A model generated the notes under the pieces. The model did no database searches. It was given only the letters and a program-made list of their open reading frames with translations, and had not been told where the DNA came from. Below are positions 1 to 8,653 of a stretch of DNA of 11,464 nucleotides, piece by piece. This DNA comes from Octopus sinensis (taxonomy: Eukaryota), in contig NW_021826944.1 in the NCBI RefSeq assembly GCF_006345805.1, forward strand, positions 1-11,464. Reading direction: 5' to 3'. How positions within the stretch are numbered: the stretch's first letter is position 1; every line of letters starts with the position of its first letter. A program made the translations under genes and the position numbers.

Positions 1-660
1 CGTTTTGAGAACCGCAAAATAGCGCACAGCCGGAGTTGATAGCTAATGGGAAGGGAGATAATCACCTATCGTTTACTCTCACAGCCGAATAATGGCAACA
101 CTGCCTGTAGCCGAAAGTCGATAGCCATTAGAAAAGGGAGATAATTCTCTTGTTTAGATCTATAACGAAACTTTCCCCTCCATTTTTTTTTTTGATGAGG
201 TTTTAGGCCAACAGGACTTGGAGTTTGACGATGCATCATAAAGTTAAACGCTTTATGGCCGCGAAACCCAGAGTAACCCCATAAACCGGCCTTCGCCAGT
301 AAATAAATATGGACTGCTCTACTTCTCAGAGTGTGCTTCTTAACCGGATTTGTGTTTTTCTAAAAACGATATATATATATATATATAAAGTGATGGTAGT
401 TCTAGGAAAGGGAAGAATGCTACTGCTATTTAGCTCCAAGAAAAACCGTTTCTAGTTGGCTACGTGACACAAGCGTGTTGTGTCCTTAAGTTTTCAAACA
501 GGGGAGATAAGCACCTCCGCGCAACAAAGCCAGCTTCCAGAGACTAGTTCCAAGGTTGTTGCTCTTCCTCAGTCTGGAGTAGCTTGGCTTTGCTAGCTGT
601 CGGTGCTAAATCGCTGTTGAAAACTTATAAAACTTCAAGTGAAATAAATTCACTGATCTA

Positions 661-705
661 CAGACACATGCATACACACACGTGCGCGCGCGCACACACA
701 CACAT

Positions 706-738
<33 letters not shown>
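661..738. repeat. (CA)n/(CG)n/(TA)n compound microsatellite
   Basis: Directly visible. Confidence 0.9.
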
Positions 739-1190
739 ATACAAAATGGCACAAGAACGCAAAACATCCGGACAGCTAGGTGATACAAAAGGGGATAACA
801 AAGCATCCAGATAGGTGATACAAAGAAAACAAGGATGGGTCATTCGAAGTTTTCTTTCTTCAGTCAAGCACCAGATTATCCTCGCAATTTCGGCTAATTA
901 TTCTTGAGATTGTTCCAATGTGGCCAGCCCCAAGGATAAACTAAGCTAAGAGCTTTAGATTCCTTGGAAGAAAGCAGCTAATGTATACAAAAACAAGGTC
1001 GGACAAATAAAAGTTACACAAATATAAATACAATTTAAAAAATACAATAAAAATAAGAACAGGACATAACAACAGGTGTCTTTCGATTAAGGACGAATTG
1101 AATTTAGCTGGCGCGTGTGGAAATGAAGCCTTACGGCAGAGATGCAGGGAAGAATATCAATGTTGCACGGACAACGGTCAGACCAAGAAA
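739..1190. repeat. Probable interspersed repeat fragment, family not assigned
   Basis: Complex non-coding block bounded by microsatellites, with internal direct repeat AGGTGATACAAA (778-789, 813-824). It resembles an octopus dispersed repeat from memory only, and there is no second copy in the window. Confidence 0.4.
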
Positions 1191-1286
1191 GATATATATA
1201 TATATATTATATATATATATATAATATATATATATATACATATACATACATACATACATACATCATACATACATGCATACATACAA
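1191..1286. repeat. (TA)n-(CATA)n compound microsatellite
   Basis: Directly visible. Confidence 0.9.
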
Positions 1287-1433
1287 TGAAAGAAAATTAA
1301 GTGTACGTATCACAAGATTCGGTAAACAAATTCAAGTACTTTGACAATAATGAGGAAAAGACAAAAGCAGGACATTTATTAATTATTCCCAGACTCAGGT
1401 GAAGTCCTTTGAATAACATTTAGCTTAAATAGA

Positions 1434-1574
1434 TGTGTGTGTGTTTGTGGTGTGTGGGTGTGTGTGTGGTGTGTTGTGTTTGTGTGTGTGTGTGTGTTCT
1501 TTTACTTGTTTCAGTCATTGACTGCAGCCACAAACACCCACACAATATAACACATATCTATGATAGTATAAATA

Positions 1575-1630
<56 letters not shown>

Positions 1631-1641
1631 ATATATATATA
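1434..1641. repeat. (TG)n tract (1434-1497) and (TA)n tract (about 1570-1641)
   Basis: Directly visible; the two tracts flank the SINE tail fragment. Confidence 0.9.
1498..1530 (-). mobile_element. SINE family A, extreme 3' tail fragment
   Basis: Reverse complement TGGCTGCAGTCAATGACTGAAACAAGTAAAAGA matches the tail of 7252-7794 and 2171-2312. Confidence 0.75.
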
Positions 1642-1722
1642 AATTTTTGAAGTGATGTACAGATATATTGTATATTAGAATAATTAGGTTGTCAAAATGT
1701 TGGATGATTATATATATTTTAT

Positions 1723-1810
1723 TTATTTACATCTTATTTACATTTTTAGCGCTTTCTTCCGTTATCCGATAACGGAAGAATGCGCTAAAAATGTAATAAG
1801 ATGTAAATAA
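1723..1810. repeat. Long inverted repeat (fold-back palindrome), 44/43-bp arms, 1-nt centre
   Basis: 1723-1766 is the reverse complement of 1768-1810 apart from one mismatch (1753/1781) and a one-base indel. Confidence 0.95.
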
Positions 1811-1855
1811 CAAAAAAAAATATTCGACTAACGTTCTGACTAACTTATTATTCTA

Positions 1856-2079
1856 CTATATATGTGTATGTGTGTGTATGGATGTATAATGTATATATAC
1901 ATATGTGTTGTATATATTATATATATATATAATATATATATATGAATCTATATATATATATCTTATATATATATATATATAATATATAATGCATATATAT
2001 ATTTATAATAAGAGTAGATCGTGTACGAGTGGGTATAATTGTAAAAAGATTTTGAAAACGCGAATATATATATCAATTT

Positions 2080-2122
<43 letters not shown>

Positions 2123-2170
2123 TACATATAGATAGATATACATCTATATATGTACATATATACATATACA
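1856..2170. repeat. (TA)n/(TG)n mosaic including (TAGA)n at 2080-2122
   Basis: Directly visible. Confidence 0.9.
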
Positions 2171-2312
2171 TCCCCGTAAGTTAGCGGTTCGGCAAAAGTG
2201 TCCGATTGAATAAGTACTAGGCGTACAAAGAATAAGTCCTGGGCTCGATTTGCTTGACTAAAGGCGGTGCTCCAGCATGGCCGCAGTCAAATGACTGAAA
2301 CAAATAAAAAAG
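2171..2312 (+). mobile_element. SINE family A, 3' fragment
   Basis: TCCCCGTAAGTTAGCGGTTCGGCAAAAG...GGTGCTCCAGCATGGCCGCAGTCAAATGACTGAAACAAATAAAA aligns with about 7637-7778. Confidence 0.85.
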
Positions 2313-2354
2313 AATAATAAAATTAATATATGTATGTACAAGGTCGTGCTTCCT

Positions 2355-2690
2355 AGGTAGGCAACGTAGGCTGTGCCTACCTTGAATAAAATCGATCGAT
2401 AGAAACGTTTTCCTACCATGGCAAAATATGCAGCTAATTCAATAAAATAATGAAGGTTAGTCTGACTACTATGCATAAAAGGCAAAATCTTTTATTTATT
2501 TATTTATTTATTTGTAGATCCGAAAGTCATAATTCGCCCCGTTTTTCACTCTCAGTATTTAAGCTACGCATAGTACTGCTGTAGTACACGTGCTGCGCAC
2601 ATTTCTATAACAACTTTTTTTATGCACTATAAAGGCAGTGCGTTTTACTACATAAAAGCCGCCAACTGCCTACCCTGAGTAATTACTGAT
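2355..2690 (+). mobile_element. Possible non-autonomous DNA element with subterminal inverted repeats (Helentron/HINE-like or MITE-like)
   Basis: AGGTAGGCA (2355-2363) pairs with TGCCTACCT (2374-2382), and GGTAGGCA also pairs with TGCCTACC (2667-2674). Palindrome AGTAATTACT follows at 2678-2687. Confidence 0.3.
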
Positions 2691-2699
2691 GGCATTTCT

Positions 2700-3236
2700 T
2701 AGATATTGTCGGATTGCTGTGTAGGGAATGGAATACTCGAGGTGAACTTTCATGTTCCTCTTCATCGTTTTCCTTTCCTCTAACAGTTTCATCATCTCCC
2801 CCGAGATTCTTCCGCCAGACTCCCGCTGGCTTGCAGTTTTTATCTCCATATGAAGCTTTTAATTATCTGGCCAAGCAAATTGAAGTCCTCACCGAGCTCT
2901 TCAAGTTGACCACAAATGTTCTTGTGGATAGCTTCCTGTAACTGTTTCCCATCAAAGTATTTGACACGTACTCTTGATTGAGACATGCAGAGCCTTTTTC
3001 TCTCTGATTTCATTCATCACGATTTTTGCCTGCGGCAAACGATGACCACTGCCTGTGTGGAATGGCACTACTACTGAGACATCCTGCAATATGTGTCTTT
3101 TATCGACCGGGATGTATACGCTGTTCCCATTTTATAGTCGTCTTGCTTCTGCCGCGGTAACCAAACGTTCTCCTCTTTTGTTTTTCTCACCTGATCCAAA
3201 CTTACGAACATATTTCTCTCCATGTCCTTTTTCCAT
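2700..3236 (-). mobile_element. Decayed RTE-clade non-LTR retrotransposon fragment (C-terminal part of APE endonuclease plus linker), pseudogenised
   Basis: Minus strand translates as EKYVRKFGSGEKNKRGERLVTAAEARRL*NGNSV/YIPVDKRHILQDVSVVVPFHTGSGHRLPQAKIV, then after frameshifts (near 2970 and 2855) VKYFDGKQLQEAIHKN...GEDFN and RISGEMMKLLEERKTMKR...HLEYSI...IRQ. FGxGxxNxxGxxL, YIxVD and TGSDH-like motifs are typical of LINE AP endonucleases. In-frame TAA at 3134-3132. Clade assignment is from recalled similarity. Confidence 0.85.
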
Positions 3237-3251
3237 GTATATACTATGTGC

Positions 3252-3253
3252 GT

Positions 3254-3300
<47 letters not shown>
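3252..3300. repeat. (CA)n-(TA)n microsatellite
   Basis: Directly visible; it abuts the RTE fragment. Confidence 0.9.
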
Positions 3301-3305
<5 letters not shown>

Positions 3306-3477
3306 CTCGAAATACGAGAGAAGAAAAACAGCCAACAGCTGATGAAGGGATGTTCTTTATATTGCTTGTCTTGTTTGTGTCTTTAATTGTTCGAAAAAAT
3401 AGTTCATATTTCATGTACTCGTACTTCGTATTTTTGTTGTTGTTGTACACGTGACGTCCTGTGGCCCACATATGCAT

Positions 3478-3491
3478 TATATATATAATAT

Positions 3492-3523
<32 letters not shown>

Positions 3524-3686
3524 ACTATAGATGTAAGTATGTACATATACGTATGTATATATGCATATATATATATTATTTATATTATTATATACATATA
3601 TACATACATAATACATACATAATACATACATATATACATACATGCATACATGCATACATACATACATACATACATACATACATACA

Positions 3687-3719
<33 letters not shown>
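3478..3719. repeat. (TA)n-(TACA)n compound microsatellite
   Basis: Directly visible. Confidence 0.9.
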
Positions 3720-3843
3720 GGGACTGAACATGAGACCAAGTGTGAGGTCGAATTTCAGTAATTTTTTTTATTATATAAAACATGACTGAAGGAATCAACC
3801 AGCCACCATTTATATCAGTTATTCTATAGAGAGCATTATTATT

Positions 3844-4020
3844 CGAGCTGGCGGCATCGTTAGCGCCCTGGACGAAATGCTTAGCGGTATTTCGCCCGTC
3901 ACTACGTTCTGGTTTCAAATTCCGCGAAGGTCGACTTTGCCTTTTATCTTTTCGGAGTCGATTAACTAAGTCCCAGTAAAATGGCTGCCCGTGTGGCGAA
4001 AACTTGAAACCGTTATTATT
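3844..4020 (+). mobile_element. tRNA-derived SINE (family B), internally deleted
   Basis: Head CGAGCTGGCGGCATCGTTAGC, hairpin CGAAAT...ATTTCG (3873-3894), B-box-like GGTTTCAAATTCC (3911-3923). Core GGTCGACTTTGCCTTTTATCTTTTCGGAGTCGAT is homologous to the minus strand of 5729-6069 and resembles the Meta/MESC-type SINE domain (recalled). TTATTATT on both sides (3836-3843, 4013-4020) is a possible TSD or tail. Confidence 0.8.
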
Positions 4021-4200
4021 AGTGATAGTAGTAGTAGTAGTAGTAGTAGTTGAACGTTTAAAAAGTTTTCTTTTTTTACTGTTTTAAATGCGAGCTTATT
4101 TGAGAAACGTAACATAAATATTTTTTATCATGCTCTGTAAGAATAATAAAAGCAAGCGGAATACGATGATGATATTTACTTACAGAAGTGGTGTACTTAC

Positions 4201-4221
4201 ATTACATATATATAATATATA

Positions 4222-4318
<97 letters not shown>

Positions 4319-4518
4319 ATATATATATGTGTGTGTGGTGTGTGTGTGTATATGTATATGCATATATGTATACGTATACATATACATGTATATATAATCA
4401 TATATACATATGCATATACATATATTACACACACACATATATATACTTATACATGTATACATATATACATACATATATATATATATATATATGCGCACAT
4501 GCACACGCACACATATAT
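4201..4518. repeat. (TA)n-(TATG)n-(TATATG)n-(TG)n-(CA)n mosaic
   Basis: Directly visible. Confidence 0.9.
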
Positions 4519-4934
4519 TTCAAATTAGTACACTGCATGGATATGACGTCGAAGATAAGCAAGAGCTGTAAAGATTTATTTACCAAATACATCCCATCTT
4601 TAACATCTCTCCTTGTTGAATGTTTCCATTTTTGTTTTTGCTTTTGATAGAAACGTAAACATACCAAACGTTTTAAAATGTTGTTTCCTTTTTTAAAAAA
4701 TAATTTTATTAGGAATACACTGCAAAAGAGTGCATTCAAAGGGAAATAAGCAAGTGAAAGCGCGTGCTATCACTCAATGAAAATTTGGTCTTTCAGCCGT
4801 TAAGTTTGTTTGCGTTTGTATAGAAAAAATTTAAGTGAACTATTCAATAATGAAAGCATTTGAAAGATGGAAGAATTCGATAGATAAACTATTCAAAATC
4901 CCGTATTGTCTTCGATACTGTACCCCTGTTATGA

Positions 4935-5129
4935 TATGTGTTTGCGCGTGTATATTTGTGTGTATGTGTATGTATGTGTGTATTTTTGCATGCCTGTGTG
5001 TATTTGTTGTGTGTGCGTGTGTGTATTTGTATGTGCGTATGTATTTGTATGTATGTGTATATGTACATATATATATGTAAGTATAAATTATCTTTTATAC
5101 ATGTTTGTGCGTGCGTGTGTGTGTGTGTG

Positions 5130-5160
<31 letters not shown>

Positions 5161-5169
5161 TGTGTGTGT
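4935..5169. repeat. Degenerate (TG)n/(TATG)n tract
   Basis: Directly visible. Confidence 0.9.
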
Positions 5170-5555
5170 TTTACGAATATATATTCTCGTATGCCATTTC
5201 TTCTTTACGCGTGGCATGATAAAAAAGAACAGTACACTTTATAAAGTTTTTCTGTAATAACCGTTGTTCTAAAACTGCAAATAAATGTTTTAAGATATTT
5301 GCCCCACCCCCACCCAAATACTTATTCTGACGCTATTATTTTGCATGTTTTTGGGGGTTTTTTTTATATGAGCTTTTTGAAGGCCGTCTTTCACAATTAC
5401 CCCGAATTCATTTAAAAACGCAGAAAGCCGAGTGTTCGGTCTGTCAAACTATTGATATGCTTATATCTAAGTCATTTGAAATTCCACTTCGCACGTTCGG
5501 CCTTATCACCTAAACCCATATGGGTATATATATACGAGTGTGTGTGTGTGTGTTC

Positions 5556-5722
5556 AGGCGCAGGAGTGTCTGTGTGGTAAAAAACTTGCTTCCCAGCCAC
5601 ATAGTTTCAGGTTCAGTCCCACTGTGTGGCAACTTCGACAAGTATCTTCTGGTTTAGCCTCGGGCCGACCAAAGCCTTGTGAGTGGATTTGGTATACGGA
5701 AACTGAAGGAAACCCGTCGTTA
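5556..5722 (+). mobile_element. SINE family A, 5' half (tRNA-like head to start of internal TA tract)
   Basis: AGGCGCAGGAGTGTCTGTGTGGT...GGTTCAGTCCCACTG...GACCAAAGCCTTGTGAGTGGATTTGGT...CCCGTCGT aligns along its length with 7252-7416. Confidence 0.85.
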
Positions 5723-5728
5723 ATATAT

Positions 5729-6069
5729 AAAGGATAAAAGGCAAAGTCGACCTCGGCGGGATTTGAACTCAGAACGTAAAAACAGACGAAATACATATTT
5801 CTTTACTACCCACAAGGGGCTAGACACAGAGAGGATAAACAAGGACAGACAAACGGATTAATTCGATTATATCGACCCCAGTGCGTAACTGGTACTTATT
5901 TAATCGACCCCGAAAGGATGAAAGGCAAAGTCGACCTCGGTGCAATTTGAACTCAGAACGTAACGGCAGACGAAATATCTATTTCTTTACTACCCACAAG
6001 GGGCTAAACACAGAAGGGACAAACAAAGACAGACAAACGGATTAAGTCGATTATATCGACCCCAGTGCG
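5729..6069 (-). mobile_element. Tandem array (about 1.85 units, 184-bp period) of 5'-truncated family B SINE
   Basis: GGCAAAGTCGACCTCGG at 5740 and 5924, ATTTGAACTC (B box, minus) at 5761 and 5945, TATTTCTTTACTACCCACAAG at 5796 and 5980: all offset by 184. Confidence 0.9.
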
Positions 6070-7187
6070 ATTTATTATTTTTATTATATATGACAGAACA
6101 ATCTGAAATGTAATTATAAATTGGTTTATGTAAATTTATATAATTAGAAAACAATATAAATAAAGTGTTAAAATCTGAATGTTAAGTTAGCAAACAATTA
6201 TGTAAAAAAAGATAATGCAAATGAAGCTAAAATGATAATTTTATAATTTAAGGTTTATTAACACCCTTTATTACAAAAAATTGATAAACCCAAATTGAAG
6301 AGCTTAAAATCCATAGAGTTGTCTCCCCTTATTCACAGGAACTGGACTACTACTTCCTGTTTTGCCATTCACTTAAGAGACATCCTTAATTAAATTAAAC
6401 AGCACATGGATTTAATCCCATGGATCTCTATCCTCCAAGGTAATTTTTTCAAGAACTATCATTAAACTCAAGATACACAAAGACTTTACAATGTATCGGA
6501 GTACCTATATTTTAATTTTTGAATATTTATTATTATTTTTTTGCAAAAACCAATGTAATTTTCTTTTTTCCCCCTCCTCAAATTTAACAAAAATTTTTTC
6601 TTTACAATTCTTGAAAAGTCACATTGTGACGAAAACCGGTTTGAATTAATATATATATATTTTATCAATTTTTCGAAATTTTCCATACACCCATTTTCAT
6701 TAAAATTTTCTTTCAATTTAGCATTCTGCCTTTTTATAATTTTTCCTTGCCTATCATTTCTCCACGTGCGGTCAATACAACCCCACCATTTATTGTTTTA
6801 TATATATATATATAACACAGATGAGCAGAGAGCTTCACTACAGCTGTTTCAGAGGCGTTCTTTCTTGATGAACAAATCGATTATATCATTAAACATTTAT
6901 CCATCTGTGTTACTATTTGTACTTCACCACACTCGAAACCTTCCCTGTGTTGGATTTTGAGCGTACAGTGGACCATAGAATATGTACCGAAGTATACTCC
7001 TGTGTGACTTTACGTATACTTTGTATATTTAGTCCTTACTTGTGAATATATGCTTAATAGGAAGGATACATCTATATTTTCTTTGGTAAGTACGTTAGGG
7101 CACAGATATGTCATACCCGATTCTACATTGGTATCTTTGTTACTTAAGTACCTTGATTCTACTTGATCCTGAAAATTTCTTTTATTA

Positions 7188-7251
<64 letters not shown>

Positions 7252-7254
<3 letters not shown>

Positions 7255-7471
7255 CGCAGGAGTGGTTGTGTGGTAAGTAGCTTGCTTACCAACCACATGG
7301 TTCCGGGTTCAGTACCACTGCGTGGCACGTTGGGCAAGTGTCTTCTACTATAAACTCGGACCGACCAAAGCCTTGTGAGTAGATTTGGTAGATGGAAGCT
7401 GAAAGAAGCCCGTCGTATATATTATATATATATATATATAATATATATTATATATATATATATATTATATA

Positions 7472-7507
<36 letters not shown>

Positions 7508-7794
7508 TGTTGTATGTAAGTATGTATGTATGTATGTATGTATGTGTATTTATGTACATATATGTGTGTGTGTATGTTTGTGTGTCTGTATTTGTCCCCC
7601 CAACATCGCTTGACAATTGATGCTGGTGTGTTTACGTCCCCATAACTCAGCGGCTCGGCAAAAAAGACCGATAGAATAAGTATTCGGCTTACAAAGAATA
7701 AGTCCTGGAGTCGATTTGCTCGACTAAAGGTGGTGCTCCAGCATGGCCACAGAGTCAAATGACTGAAACAAGTAAAAGAGTAAAAGAGTAAAAG
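7252..7794 (+). mobile_element. Full-length tRNA-derived SINE (family A) with internal microsatellite
   Basis: Pol III A-box-like TGGTTGTGTGG (7263-7273) and B-box-like GGTTCAGTACC (7306-7316). The head matches 5556-5722 and the 3' part matches 2171-2312 and 1498-1530. Internal (TA)n-(TATG)n-(TG)n at about 7416-7580. Tail (AGTAAAAG)x3 at 7771-7794. Flanked by TA repeats. Confidence 0.88.
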
Positions 7795-7931
7795 TATATA
7801 TACACACACACACACACACACAAACACACATGCATGCATACATACATACATACATACATACATACATACATACATACATAAATACATACATACATACATA
7901 CATACATACACATATACATACATACATACAT
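7795..7931. repeat. (CA)n-(CATA)n between two tail-to-tail SINEs
   Basis: Directly visible; (CATA)n resumes at 8318-8373. Confidence 0.9.
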
Positions 7932-8317
7932 GACAGAAGCACTCCGTCGGTTACGACGACGAGGGTTCCGGTTGATCCGTATCAACGGAACAGCCTGCTC
8001 GTGAATTTAACGTGTAAGTGGCTGAGCACTCCACAGACACGTGTACCCTTAACGTAGTTCTCGGGGATATTCAGCGTGACACAGAGAGTGACAAGGCCGG
8101 CCCTTTGAAATACAGGTACAACAGAAACAGGAAGTAAGAGTGAGAGAAAGTTGTGGTGAAAGAGTACAGCAGGGATCACCACCATCCCCTGCCGGAGCCT
8201 CGTGGAGCTTTAGGTGTTATCGCTCAATAAACACTCACAACGCCCGGTCTGGGAATCGAAACCGCGATCCTATGACCGCGAGTCCGCTGCCCTAACCACT
8301 GGGCCATTGCGCCTCCA
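7932..8317 (-). mobile_element. Near full-length tRNA-derived SINE (family C, possibly tRNA-Arg-like head)
   Basis: Minus strand starts GGAGGCGCAATGGCCCAGTGGTTAGGGCAGCGGACTCGCGGTCATAGGATCGCGGTTTCGATTCCCAGACC. A box at 8306-8296, B box at 8263-8251, 3' stem-loop at 7966-7990. Embedded in (CATA)n on both sides. Confidence 0.82.
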
Positions 8318-8639
8318 CATACATACATACATACATACATACATACATACATACATACATACATACACACATACCTATGCTCCTTGCAGAACTTGACCTC
8401 TCGTTGTACGTGTTATTGCCCTTTACTAGCGAGAGATCTCAAATGACTTTTGATCCTTGAAACGCGCTTGAAGAGCTGATCTCTGATATTGCAGCAATAT
8501 CTCATTCCAGCATTGGATATATGTCGCGTTGTCGTTGATGCTTCGGCTTATTGTTTTGTTGCATATTTATTTCATTCACATTCTTATTCGATGAGATTAT
8601 ACTTGGTCATTTGGTATGGACTAGAAAAACTGCATCTTA

Positions 8640-8653
8640 GTTTCCATGGCAAC
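8640..8653. promoter_or_regulatory. RFX X-box motif
   Basis: GTTTCCATGGCAAC is 13/14 identical to the palindromic X-box GTTGCCATGGCAAC. It lies in unique CpG-rich sequence, with a Forkhead core TGTTTAC at 8668-8674. Function is not demonstrated. Confidence 0.5.

Noticed and set aside
830-870. Hammerhead-like CUGAAGA-AAG aaaa CUU-C-GAAU on the minus strand
   Set aside because: Extra base before GAA, U instead of A15.1, no UH site with a paired stem III, and a weak stem I.
2714-2941. 75-aa plus-strand ORF
   Set aside because: Antisense to the RTE remnant and starts at a non-ATG codon.
3301-3362. CUGAUGA (3339-3345) and an upstream GAAA
   Set aside because: The boxes are in the wrong order for a type I hammerhead. 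The GAAA expected after the putative stem II reads UAUA, and no consistent type II/III fold was found.
5729-6069. CRISPR-like regular repetition
   Set aside because: The entire 184-bp unit repeats with no unique spacers, it is SINE-derived, and the context is eukaryotic.
8248-8316. tRNA gene
   Set aside because: A and B boxes are present but the acceptor stem does not close, and the sequence continues into a SINE body. The same applies to the heads at 3844, 5556 and 7252.
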